Positions 48,770 to 62,041 of a DNA stretch of 64,000 nucleotides are shown piece after piece (the first letter of the stretch is position 1; the number at the start of each line of letters is the position of its first letter). The stretch covers positions 47,562,122 through 47,626,121 of the forward strand of contig NC_068987.1 of assembly GCF_001194135.2 (NCBI RefSeq), written 5' to 3'. The stretch is from Octopus bimaculoides (taxonomy: Eukaryota). The translations under genes were made by a program, and so were the position numbers. The notes under the pieces were generated by a model. It made no database searches, had not been told where the DNA came from, and saw only the letters and a program-made list of their open reading frames with translations.

Positions 48770-50470
48770 GATTTCTTCTATTGACACAAGGCCAGAAATT
48801 TACAGAGGATGGGGGACAAGTTGATTAAATAAACTTTCAGCAAATTACTGGTACTTATTTTATCAACCATATAAGATAGAAAGACAGAGTTTACCTTGGT
48901 GCAATTTCACCTTAGAATCCAGGGAGCAGGATTTTTTAATTACGCACAAAGCTTAAATTAGGGAGAAAATTTTAGTATTTTGGTATTTCTCAGGTAATTT
49001 GTCTATTGAAACTAGATCAATGAAAGGCAAAGTCAACCTTGGTGAGATTTGAACTCAGAAAATAAAAATAACATAATTACTTTAAGGCATTATAATTCTG
49101 ATATTTATCATACTATTATTAATAATAATTCTTTCTAATTTTGGCACAAGGCCAGCACTTACATAAACTCCACTACTTGAGTGGTACTTTACTTTATCAA
49201 ATCTGAAAAGATGAAAGGTAAAGTTGAACTCTGAATATAAAGAGTTGGATGAAATGCCACTAAGCATTTTGCCTGACATGCTAACAATTCTGCCAACTTA
49301 TTGTTAGAAATTTTAGGGGAAGGGCTGAATTGATTACACCAATCTCAGTACTTGACTGGTACTTTATTTTATCAATCCCAGAAAGATGAGTTGACCTTGG
49401 CAGGATTTGAACTTGGGATATAAAGAGTCAGAATATATTTACAAGGAATACTGATTTTTTAAATTTGCCGCAAGGGCAATAAATGAAGGGAAATTAAAAA
49501 GATAAATTTAAAAAAAAAACAGCAGGGATTTGCACAACATTCGTTATGGGGGAGGGGTATATTTCTCACTTAGGTAAAAAGTTGCAATTTTTTGTGGGGT
49601 GAATGTATAGTTAACCTTAACATTTGACTGTCACTTACTTAGCAACTCTCAATACAATAATTGTATCTATTACAGACATAAGGTCATGTATTTTGGGGCA
49701 GAATGTAATCAATTCAATGACCTCCCTCCTCAATAGCTGACAAGTACTTTGGGCACAAGGTCAGCAATTTTAAGGGGAGGAGGAAGTCAATTACATCAAC
49801 TCCAGTGCTCAACTTACCTTATCAGCCCTGAAAAGATGGAAAGGCAAAGCTGGCCTTAGCAGAAGCTGAACCCTGAGCGAAAGAGCTAGAAGAAATGCCA
49901 CTAAGTATTTTGCCCAACATGCTAACAATTGCTTTTTAAATTAGGCACACAGCCAAAAATTCAGTGAGGGTGGGGGTACAGTTGAGTATATTATTTTCAG
50001 TATTTGACAAGTACTCTATTTTATTGACTCTGGAGGGATAAAAGGTTTGAAACTAGAACATACAATTTCAGAACAAATACTGCAAGGTGTCTTGCCCCTA
50101 TGCTTTAACAATTCTACTAATCCATTGCCTTTTAATAATTATAATAATAATGGTTTCAAGTTTTTGGTGCAAGGCCAGTAACTTCAGGGAAGAGCTAAGT
50201 TGATTACATCAACCCCTGTACTCAACTGGTACTTACTTTATCAACCCCGAAAGGATGAAAAGCAAAGCTGACCTCAGCAGAATTTGAACTCAGAATATAA
50301 AGGTGGATGAAATATCACAAAGCATTTTTCCCAGTATGCTAAAGTTTTGCCAGCTTGCTATAACAATAATAATAATGGTTTTAATTCAGGAACAAAAGGT
50401 AGCAGTTTTTTAGGGAAGGGATCTGTTGATTATGTCACTTCCAGTGCTTAACAGGATATGACCTCAGAAC
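48770..50470 (-). mobile_element. Cluster of minus-strand Meta-like SINE copies
   Basis: Repeated ggcacaaggcc...ttttatcaa...gatgaaaggcaaag...ttgaactcag units. Similar clusters lie at 42550-43060, 56740-57360 and 60930-61430. Confidence 0.75.
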
Positions 50471-53356
50471 AAAAAGAGCAGGATAAAATACCACAATGCT
50501 ATAATGATTCCTTTTGACTCAATACAAAGTGAATTTTCACAGATGGAATTATTGCAAGAGTTTGTATTTATCCTAAAAATTTTTGAGAAGATGGGTTTTG
50601 AACTCAGATTACTGGATAGACAATACCAGAGTCAAGACTTGCATTCTCTTCCAACCAGCTACTAATATTACTACTGGTTTCACTGGGTTTAGCAATCTGA
50701 CCCTTACTGACCTGGTGGGCTAAGGTTTGAATATGATATCAAAGGAACCTTTAGTGTTGGTGATGGTGAGGGTACAATTATATAGTAATCAGCAGTATGA
50801 ATATATAGCTATCTGAATGTTTATGCATGTGTGTTTCTGTATGCAAATATATTATCATCAACATTTTTTTTTATTAAGGTAATGGAATTACTTTCATCTT
50901 TTCGTATCTTATTGTGGGAAGACTACCTTTCATTTTTCCAACATCAGTAGAATATAAAGCATATGTCATAATTTGGGGTGTTTGATTTAAATGGACTACA
51001 CCTACTCCACCATAATTTGTGACCTTGTGTCAATGTTGAAAATTATTATTTTTATTAGTTTTGCCTAGTAAACCATTCTCAACTATTAGGGCTTTTAAGC
51101 GGGTCCAGATCAGTCAATTCAATTCAATATCACTAGTATTTATTTTGCTGATGATAAAAATCGGGTAGGTAAAGCCGATTAACTCCCATAAGATCTGAAC
51201 CCAACAACAAGGTACCAAACTAAATACAATAAACCATTTGAGACCACTCTCCCCACCAAACACCCTCAGTTTCAACCAAATTCGTTTTCTTCATATCAAT
51301 ACATCACCATATTGCTAGCTGTGTCAGTCTTTCCTTATGTCTTCAGTGAAGCCCAAGATTCTTAGATCTACTCTCACCTCTACTTCCTCTTCTATGGTCA
51401 TCTGTTCAGCTCACAACCTATGGCATTGCTGTCTCTTCTTAACTGAAGTAATTATTTTTACAGTTGAATGCCTCTTTTTACCACTAACAGCTGAACTTTG
51501 AAGTAGGGTTGGATTTCATGTTTTTTTTTTTTCTTTGCTTAAACAATAAGAGAATGGTTGTACTGAAATCTGAACTTGAGTCCATGTGGTCTTTAGACAA
51601 ACAGGTTATTCTCACAACCACTGTGCCTCTCATGAGCTGGCATACACACATAAATCAAAACCCTATGTTAAAGCTTCCAGTGAACAGTTAATAAGGTGTA
51701 AAGGGCTTGTTCTGGAAACATGAAGCATACAACTAAAATTACTAAACAATTGCAGCTAGTAGCAGAAGCAACAACATTACTTACTGTTTTCACTCAAGCA
51801 ATGTATCAGCTCTGATACAGCAGTGAAAGTGTTCTGACCATTCAATTTGAGGACATGATCTGAGTTCAAACCTCATGGGAACTGACTATGCATTTTATTC
51901 TGCCAAATGACAGTAAAATAAGTATTAGTCATATACTAAGGTTCAGTCAATTATCTATATTTCTCCTCTACAAACCTGTCACTTTGCAGCAATGAAAAGA
52001 AAGCATTCACATAATTGAATCTAATTTTAATTCCTTCTATTTTATATTATTAATTTACTTCTCTAATTAACACAATTTCAAGTTTTTTCACATATGCCCA
52101 CATCACTTAACACCACCAACCTTTAAATTTTATTACTTTTTATTTCTTTGGTATAGTTTTAAATTTGAAAATAACAAAAACACAAAACAATTTAAAAGAG
52201 AAAACCTGAAAGAAATGTGGGAAAATTTTTTTTTTTTTTTACAAAAAATATTAATTATTTTTCATGTTTAGAAAATTTATTTTAAAATAGTCTTGAATGT
52301 GTTAATTGTAGTCTGAGAGAAAAATAGTAAAATTGATTTAGGATATTTAATGAAAAGAAGTAAAAATAAAATGTTCACCTTTTACTGCCTTGAAGAAAAT
52401 AGTTTCACACCAAATTCTTTGGTTAACCAATTATAAGAAGTCACTTTTGTTGTATAATGTATATATTGGGGTGTTGCATATGTACATAGTCTGGTGTTTC
52501 TGTTTGCTTCATTAAAGAGGGGAGGAGCACAACCCATAACTTTTGCAGGATCTCAGATGTTGACGAATGAAAGGAAGTAGAAACCACAACTTATGAGTTG
52601 TGGTTGGTTACTTCTTTAACAAATCGAAGGAAACCAGCTGGAAATCAGTAGCCACAGACAGGCATCTTGAAAGTCTGTGACTGCTAGGTCACCAGTCATA
52701 ACCTAATACTGCAGAGAGTACACGTTTAGCCAACAGGGTAGCTACCCCTGGTATTATTCACAGGAGCCAAGTTTAGTCACATTTGGCTGTGGTTCTCTGG
52801 TGGAGAACACCCTTATGTTTGTACCCACTTACTAACAACACTACACAAAGGATGGTAAAGTAAGAACAGGTGTATCAAGAGAATGAGTTACCTTCATATT
52901 GGAGATGTGGTCAAGCTACTTGCAACAGACTAGAAACTACTAAAGGCACCAAAAGACCAGATGACAGTGTCAAACCAGCAACAGATTAAGTATTGATGAA
53001 TGGATTAGGTATGGAGTAGGGGACATGTATGGTGTTAGACTGGGTGTGATGTGTAGGCCAGGTGTTGATTTGTAGTTTGTATATTGGAGGTTGATATGTA
53101 GTCTTGTGTAATGTAAAAGGCATATATAATAACACAGCTGAACCCAACTGGACATTATTTTTTCTTCTATTATCCACTTCTGTAAACTTACCATAAAACC
53201 AACTGGGATTAGAAAAGCTTTATTTGGACATTCATTTGTACTAGAAATACTAATTTTGCCATTTCAAATATTATGGAAAATGTATTTTCCAATTTTTTTT
53301 TACAACTATATGTGAATGTGTTTATGTGTATTTAAATATGTATACATAAGTGTATA

Positions 53357-53392
<36 letters not shown>

Positions 53393-53405
53393 AAACATAC
53401 ATGCT

Positions 53406-53457
<52 letters not shown>

Positions 53458-53495
53458 NNNNNNNNNNNNNNNNNNNNNNNNNNNNNNNNNNNNCT

Positions 53496-53535
<40 letters not shown>

Positions 53536-55350
53536 CACATAAATACATATTTATATATGCAAACACAGACACATAGATATTTTTTACACTTGGACAACCT
53601 TCAGCAGTGTTGTAAAACATGTCCTTTACAAAAAATAAAAGGTTAAATATAAGACCCCTCCCCCTGCTCACTTTTCCAGTAACCTCTCATGCTACAGCAG
53701 AAAGGTTACAGGGCCACCAAATGTATACAAAAGGAAGATTTCTTAGGTGTTCTGTTCCAAGAACAATCTTTCTATACCAACCATTGTCCTAATTGACATA
53801 CTTTTGTTTTTACACCAATTATATATTTGAAATATTTATTTTCCTAGAGTAGACATTTCAATCTGTATGCTCCATATTTTATTTTCACCAGTGACATCTA
53901 ACTCACATTCAGGTGAACAAGTTCTTATCTTAAAGTTATATGCAATTTAAAACAGTCATTTTAGTACAAATACACTTACAGACACAAACCACACATGCAT
54001 CTATCTGTGTGTGTATGTGTGTGTGTGTGCGCGCTTGCACGCATGTATATATATATGTATACATGCATATTACATGTGTGTGTACATATATACAGATATA
54101 CACACACTTAGACATATACATGCAAGTATATACTTAACTACATAAATATATGTATACACAGGCAGAACTTCTACAAGGTTATAACTTGCATCAGCTGAGG
54201 TCATACTTAATTGCAACACCTAGTAGCACATATACATTTATGTGTCTATATTCACACACACACACACACATACATGAAACACACAAGTACAATAGGTCTT
54301 CAGTTATAGGAAATGTGTTAAAATTACTGTGTTATTGCTATGGTAAGAAATCACTGCCACAGCTGTTATTACTATTTTTTGTTTTATATATCATTTTGAG
54401 ACATAGTCATCAATAGATTAGTGTTTGTTGCAGTAGTAGAAGACCTATATTCTCACTGTCACCCATTCTTATCACAGATGCTGTCATCACAACCGTTCTA
54501 TAGAGTAGTTGTCATTTCTATTCTTTGTAGAAACAGTTTCTGTTGACATTTTTCTTGTTTCTGTTTTTTGAAGAAAAATTTTTTCCTATCTTTTTATTCA
54601 TTTTTTAATTCCTGGTTTTGCAAAACACCCAATTCATAGCCATCAACAGATGCAGAGCCACAGTAGAAGTGGTGGTAAAAGAGACAAACAAATAATGAGG
54701 AAGAGGAGAAATAAAGATAGGCAGAAATGACTAGAAATCAGTCCAAGCTTTATAGAATTTACTCCAATTCATTTTCTTTTTGTTCAGTTCCTCCCACTTT
54801 CTCTGTGTGTCACTGTTTCTCTATCCCTATCTTTCAATTATTTTTCCTATTGTTGTAGTTTAGCAAGTCATTTTCGCTGTCAATTTATTCCCCTCTCTGG
54901 TGATATCAGGTAGCATTGCCAATCGGCAACTGACTGAGCAGCTATACTGCAAGAATTGCCAAAAATCAAGAATCTGCTGCTACCATTGTTACTGCCAGTT
55001 TGTCTTTACCAAATTTTGGTCTCATAAAAAATAAATAAAACAAAACAAAAAGAAAACTTCCTTCCCGAGGAAGAAAAAAGAAAATTGCAATTATAAAGAT
55101 TTAAATAAGTGCTGTATAAGAGATAGAGGAGCAGGAAAAGGTGAAAGAAAATAGTAAGAGCTAGAGAGAGAGGAGAGAGAGAGGAGAGAGAGAGAGAAAG
55201 AGAGAGAGAGAGACCAAGAAAGTAAGTATGAGAGGAGTAGTGAAAAACAGAAGGAAAGATTATTAGAGATAAAGAGCAAGAATTATCTAGACACAAAGTG
55301 ATAATCTCTAATAATCAAATAAAAAATTAACTGGTTCACTGTTAAGGTCA

Positions 55351-55649
55351 TTAGAATATTAGAAAAAGAATGAGTGAGAGTAATAGTGACTTTTGGTATA
55401 GGGTGATAACTTGTTTTGACAGGGCATCATCAGTAGTAGTAGTGGTAGTAGTAGTAGTGGTAGTAGTAGTAGTAGTAGTGTTGGTTGTAGAATAAGTGAC
55501 AGTGGTGGTGGTGGTAGTAGTAGTAGTAATGAAGGTGGTACTGGTAATAGTAGTAGTGGTTGGTGGTGGTGATGGTGGCAGCAGACGGTGTGTAAAATTT
55601 CCATGGAAAAGTCTGGGGAGCACACTGACCAAGGATGTATCGATACTAG
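55351..55649 (-). CDS. Candidate terminal exon: Pro/Thr-rich mucin-like stalk plus GPI-signal-like C-terminus
   Basis: Acceptor ttcatttcccAG| at 55651-55650, with an in-frame TAG just inside the intron. The frame reads (A)SIDTSLVSVLPRLFHGNFTHRLLPPSPPP-T-rich-DDALSKQVITLYQKSLLLSLILFLIF*. Much of it is triplet repeat, so it may be fortuitous. Confidence 0.4.
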
Positions 55650-55793
55650 CTGGGAAATGAAATCCCTATGTCTTCAAGTATGCCTTTTGGTGTTTCTGAC
55701 TCCTAAGTAAGGAACAGAGATAAGTTTTAATAATAATAAAAGGTAATTATAATCATAAATAAAAGCTCAAATTCCAATAAAAAGGACGGAGAA

Positions 55794-55833
<40 letters not shown>

Positions 55834-57825
55834 NNNNNNNNNNNNNNNNNNNNNNNNNNNNNNNNNNNNNNNNNNNNNNNNNNNNNNNNNNNNNNNNNNN
55901 NNNNNNNNNNNNNNNNNNNNNNNNNNNNNNNNNNNNNNNNNNNNNNNNNNNNNNNNNNNNNNNNNNNNNNNNNNNNNNNNNNNNNNNNNNNNNNNNNNNN
56001 NNNNNNNNNNNNNNNNNNNNNNNNNNNNNNNNNNNNNNNNNNNNNNNNNNNNNNNNNNNNNNNNNNNNNNNNNNNNNNNNNNNNNNNNNNNNNNNNNNNN
56101 NNNNNNNNNNNNNNNNNNNNNNNNNNNNNNNNNNNNNNNNNNNNNNNNNNNNNNNNNNNNNNNNNNNNNNNNNNNNNNNNNNNNNNNNNNNNNNNNNNNN
56201 NNNNNNNNNNNNNNNNNNNNNNNNNNNNNNNNNNNNNNNNNNNNNNNNNNNNNNNNNNNNNNNNNNNNNNNNNNNNNNNNNNNNNNNNNNNNNNNNNNNN
56301 NNNNNNNNNNNNNNNNNNNNNNNNNNNNNNNNNNNNNNNNNNNNNNNNNNNNNNNNNNNNNNNNNNNNNNNNNNNNNNNCCTTCCTAGATTATATTTTAC
56401 ACAGATATTATTTAACCTTCTTATGAAATACACTGGCCTTTGTTTCAATTAATTTTCAAAGTAATGAAAAATTTAGTAAAAAAGCAAAATGCCGTTATTA
56501 AGCTGGTGTTTGGAACCTAAATTGATATGACATTTTAGCAGAAAGTTTTAATACAGATTACTTTAAAACTGGACGTTTCTACCAAAGAACCAGGGATCAG
56601 TCTCAAGCAGGTTGGCACAAGAAGGGTTAATTTAACAAAAAAAAAAAAAAAATTGTTTAAGGATTTTTGAAATATTATTATACTAACAATAATTTTCTAA
56701 TTTTCTTATCGATGGCCTTTATGATGATAAGACAATAAGGCCAGCAATTTTGAGAGGAGAGGGTCCTAGTACTTGAACTTTATTTTATCAACCCTGAAAA
56801 ATGAGAGGCAAAGTCAACCTTGATAGAATTTAAGCTCAGAACGTAAAGAGCCAGAGAAAATACCACTAAGCATTTTGTCTGATGCTCTAATAACTCTGCC
56901 AGCAATTTTGAGGGGAGAAGTCAGTCAATACAACTGACCCTAGTACTTGACTGGGGTCTTGATTTTATTGACCCCAGTGGGACGAAAGGCAAAGTTGATT
57001 AATTTTACCAATCCTCTGCTTATAATAATAATATATGGATCATTCCCACTTTATATTTACTGCTGTAGTAGCAGTAATTCCTAATTTTGGCACAAAGCCA
57101 GCAATTTTGAGGGTGGGGTCAAGTTGACCCAAATACTTGACTACTACTTTATCAACCCCAGAGGGCTGAAAGGAATGGTGCTAAGCATTTTGCCTGACAC
57201 TAACGATTTTGCCTGCTCACTGCCTTAGTAATAATAATTCTTTCCATTACAAGCACAAAGCCTGAACTTTTGGGAGAAGGGAGTAGTCAATTACATTGGT
57301 CTCAGCTCAACTGGAACTTATTTTATCAACTGTGAAAAGATGGAAGGAAGATTGTTGCAGCCCTTTCATGAGAAGGTTACAAATATAATTAGAAGTATTA
57401 ATTAATAGAAAAAAAAACAGACATGCATGAAATTTACAGGTGTGAGCATTTAATGACAGTGAGAAATGACGAGCAAATAGATAAAGTAAAAAAATATAAG
57501 AAAAACAACATACATTAAATAAACATGCAGATAAAACACTATATTTTCAGGTCAGGTTTCCAATTTTATGTTAAGGACTAAATATTGTCCAAAGTAGCAG
57601 CAGCAACATGAAACATTTTGATTAAATTAAATATTGCAAAGAAATCTAACAGAAAAAACAGGTCTTTTTTTTGACTTTTTCAAGTGGGATATCTGTAATT
57701 TCACTCTTTTTCATCTGGTTACATTTTTGTTGATTCTGGATAATTTTTTATTACATATTTCAAAATATCAAAGTTTTAAAACATTATCACTCTTCTAGAA
57801 ACTAATCAACCACCTGAACACTTAC

Positions 57826-57890
57826 CAATCAGGCAAAACACAAAAGCCAGATAAGATGCATTCTCATCAGGAAATGATATAAGCATAATG
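57826..57890 (-). CDS. Candidate 65-nt exon (hydrophobic, signal-peptide-like), phase-compatible with the 55649 exon
   Basis: Acceptor ttttaatatttacAG|, donor G|GTAAGT at 57825-57820. Reads IMLISFPDENASYLAFVFCLI with ATG at 57886 and ends in phase 1. Confidence 0.35.
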
Positions 57891-58059
57891 CTGTAAATAT
57901 TAAAACTTCCTGGTGAAGAATGCAGCACAATATATAGTTTAGTTATTACTGAATCCAGAGGAAGAGCTGGGTTCATTCTGAGATAAAAGCAATCTGGAGG
58001 AAGATGTGGAAGGTAAAAAGAGCACATTGTTGGTTGTAGGTTCAAAGAACTTCTAATTA

Positions 58060-58990
58060 ACACTTCTGACAGGAGAGAGGAGGATATAGAGACTTATAGT
58101 ATGCAGGACAACTGAGAGTTCTTAGGAGATGAGCTACTGAAGGTAACACATCAGATGTGCAGTTGGTGCAAAACACTAACTAAACTGAAGGAGACATGGT
58201 GGTAGAATGACATGGACAAGGAAGATATAGAAGCTAAGAGACACGCTTGGATAGACTAGAAGGAAATTGAAAGCAGCAGCTAGAAAAGAAACAGAAAAGA
58301 TTTGCAGATTTTGCAATGAGAGGGTATGAGATGTGCTGGGTTACAAAACAGTGTGCCAGAGAAAATGGAGATGTCATTGGGGAGAAGTGTATCTGGAATG
58401 ATGGAGGCTCATGTGCTCTTACTGCTAATGAAAAGAGGCATGTAAATACTATTATGAGAGGTTGTTCAACAAGAATTTATAGGAAAAAGAGGGTCTACCT
58501 TACGTTGACCCAAGAGAAGGACTAGCAATTCACAATGACCAGTATGGTGAATAGAATGACTAAGGGCAGTCCCTTAGATCCTTAACATTTCTAACAAAGT
58601 AGGGTCCTTACTGGTCACTTGAATAGTTAGTTGTATAGGAAGGAAAGTGTCAAACCCAGTGATTAGTAAACTGTTATAAGGGCAAATGAAATACATTGGA
58701 GAGAGACAATTACTGAATCACCAAATTGTTGGATCAGGTTTGATGGTTATGGAAAGAATCATATCACAATTGATTAGGAACTGAAATGGATGTAAATGTA
58801 CTGAAAATAGAATAACCAGATTAAGATGAGGTTGAAGATAAGGGAGCTATTATCTCTTCTGGCAACAAAGGATTTTTCCCTCTAAATGAAGAACAGACCT
58901 TGAGTTTGAGCTGTGATGCTGCATGGTAGTGGACATGGTCCATGAATGTAAAGGACTTGCAAAGATTAGAAGAGATGAAACCAGGATTCT
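58060..58990 (+). mobile_element. RTE-clade LINE fragment with internal deletions (same family as 1-312)
   Basis: QMCSWCK...KETWW*ND, KQCARENGDVIGEKCIWNDGG, LLSLLATK, VMLHGS..WSMNVKDLQRLEE. Confidence 0.8.
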
Positions 58991-61156
58991 CTCAGCCACA
59001 AGCCACTTCTTACTGTCATTCATCCCTTACACTAACCGTTGTCTATTATTACTCATTACTCTCTCTTTATCCCGATCATTCTGTCTCTAGTTGCCATTTC
59101 TTGCTCCCTTCACTCACCCATTCTTGCTCTTCTTCTGTTACAACTGTCTCCTTCCTATTCCTCTCCTTGGTCATGATACCTTAAGTGAATGTACATATAG
59201 TGAGTACTTTTTACTCTGTCAGTGCTAGGAATACTTGTGATTACACATGTACCAAAAACCATTCATAAAAGTATGGCACATGTTAATACCATATTATACT
59301 TGATTGTGAGTAATGGTCGTAGTTCAGGTTTTATGTATGTAGTAAGATTCTGACTGTCCTTTAGTTTTGTTCTAGTTGTAATACACTATCCTTCATGTGT
59401 TAAGTTGTAGGACATCATAAAATGTTTCATCTTCCACCCTAGTGATATTTTTAATCAGTAGCACCAGCTGGATGAATGATGCCATGTTTTGAGCACTGAA
59501 ATCATGATGAATCTGGCTTCACATGGCTGAAGAAGGATACCTCCATGTCTGTTGTTCATATATTTTCAATATATGAAAATTCAGTCAAATATTAATAGAA
59601 AGATCACTCAACTTTCTGTTGAGCATCATGATTATTCTGTTTTTAAAGGGAAAAGGTTGATTGTAACTTTGAAGTTTTGGGACAGCAACTAAGGGATAGT
59701 GACAGGAAGTGTATTCATCCATAGTATAGTGCCTCAACTCTTATCCAAGTCATGTCAATGTGGAAAAAGCAGACGTAAAAACATATAATGGCAATGATGT
59801 ACATGTGAGTGTTTTTGTATGTGCCTATGAGTGAATGAATAGTTCAATCTTCATGACTGAAAGCCATTTCCCCCCTCCCCACTGCTCCCAATCACAGTTT
59901 ATTCATTGTGTCTTCAGGCTTTCTAAGGGATGATTAGAATTAATGGTTCCCAAGTTCTCTTCTAACCCAGTTTACTACCAGGATATTCTCCCTTAGCATT
60001 TGCCTCTTCACAAGTTGTCATAGAGAGAGAATTGTTTTTCTCCCAGTTTGGCTATTGGGTTCATACCACCTGCCCAATTATACAACCAGTAGTTCCGCTT
60101 TTTAGAAGCATGCTTCTAGAAAGGTTAAGAAGAGTTCCCTCATTCCTTGTGGTCTTACCACACATCAGACATCGACAGAATTTCTGAACCCAAGCCTTCC
60201 TATAGCTAGTTAGTCACTGACTGTTTGCTTCATCCACCTTTTTAACAGCAATTATTTTTGTCCACAAGCGTATATCTATGCCTGTGTGTATATATATACA
60301 TGTATATTTGCTCCTCTGTATATAAGTGATGCTATAAAGGCTTTCCTGTATATCATGCATAATAGCAAGGTTTAGTAAATGCGTGATGTGGTGCCACTCC
60401 ACATTATTCAACTATTGATAAATTTATACAGCTCTTATGTAATTAATCACACATTATAATCTATACATAATGTTCTCCAAAGTGAAATTATATTGAAACA
60501 ATTGTAACCAGTATTAAACCAATGCTGTATTGATATCTTCATCCTTGTCTTATATAAATATACACATAAAAATGAATCATAAAATCTATTCAGATTTCAT
60601 TTTGCCAAACAAAATCAAATAACTTTATTTACCTGTTTAAAAAAAAATTTTTTCTCTACAAATTAACAATCAGGATTAACAATCAGGTCTGTTTCTTTTA
60701 CCAATGTAATATCACATGTATTTGATTGAAAGTTGAAAACCTGGTTGGTAGCATATAGTGTTTGAAGGAGAAAAGAGCAGGCTGGGTGGGGTGGTGAAGA
60801 GAGAGAGAGCAAAGGTTGCAGTTCAACAGAAATGAGTGTAACAAAGAAAAAAAAAACATGCAAACACTGCACCAAATAATAATAAGGCCACAATAAGGAA
60901 CATTCAATTATATCAACTTCTGTACTTCCTTGATACTTATTTTATCAGAATGAAAGGAAAAATCAATCCTGGCAAAAATTCAGCTGAAAATGTAAAGTGA
61001 CCTAACATTTTGACTGCCACTCTACTGAATTATTCATTCTAGTCTTGGCACAAAACCAGCTATTTTGAGAAGGAGAGGTAAGTTAATTGTGACCCCAGTA
61101 CTTGACTGGTACTTTATCGACCTTGAAAGAATGAAAGCAAAGCTGACCTCAGCAAG

Positions 61157-61199
<43 letters not shown>

Positions 61200-61979
61200 G
61201 TTCCAAATTTGATACAAGGTTAGCATTTCTGAGGGGAGGGTGTTAGTCAATACCATATATATTTGACTGGTATTTTATCTAATAATGATTTCTTACATAA
61301 ACATATGATGAACAAATTTTAAGAGAAGAGGAATGTTTGAATACATTGATTCCAATAACTGACTGGTATTTTATTTTTATCAACCTCAAAAGGATGAAAG
61401 GAAAGTTGACTTTGGCAAGAATGACTGACATAAAACAAGGTTAGAAATGTTAATAATAATAACAACAATAATAATAAAAGAGAAAGCATGATGCATCTAG
61501 TTGCTGAAGACATAGCATGCAACAGTGACAAAGATAAAGAAATGCAATAAGAAAATATTTTTAAAACAACAACTACAATGCAAACAGATTTCAAATGAGA
61601 TGATAATCTTCAATTTTCAAGTTCTAACTCTGGAATAGAATAACAATGATTTGAGACTTGACAAACATGCGTGTGTATGTTTGTGTGTGTGTGTGTGCGC
61701 ACACACACACACACCTGCACGTATATATTCAAAGCTGAGGATTCACATCAGGAAAACATTAATTAGCTTCAAATAACTAAAAGGCTACAACACAATGAAA
61801 ACTTTTTCTCCCACTCGTGCACCCCAACACATATGAGTTTGATAGAAAGTGTAAGTATTACTAAAAGCACAACTGTATTCCAAATTTCATAATAAATATT
61901 AATTTTTTGCAAAGTAAGCTGTCCCCTATCACACAGATACACAATATGTCAGTGAACACACCAATAGATAGATACATAC

Positions 61980-62041
61980 GATGACAATGATGATCTTTCA
62001 TAGTTTGAGAAAGATGGTTCTGCAATTTCTTGTTGAACAAC
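61980..62041 (-). other. Candidate 62-nt upstream exon (5' UTR or coding)
   Basis: Acceptor aaatcatttgtacAG| and donor |GTATGT. Frame VVQQEIAEPSFSNYERSSLS ends in phase 2, compatible with the 57890 exon. Confidence 0.25.

Noticed and set aside
52620-52760. Cluster of short hairpins (cacagac/gtctgtg, gtgac/gtcac, gggtagctaccc)
   Set aside because: No ribozyme or ncRNA consensus recognised, and the stems are short enough to be chance.
53192-53240. 49-nt minus-strand exon-like segment (TNECPNKAFLIPVGFM|GTAAGT)
   Set aside because: Good donor, but it cannot be linked to any gene model.
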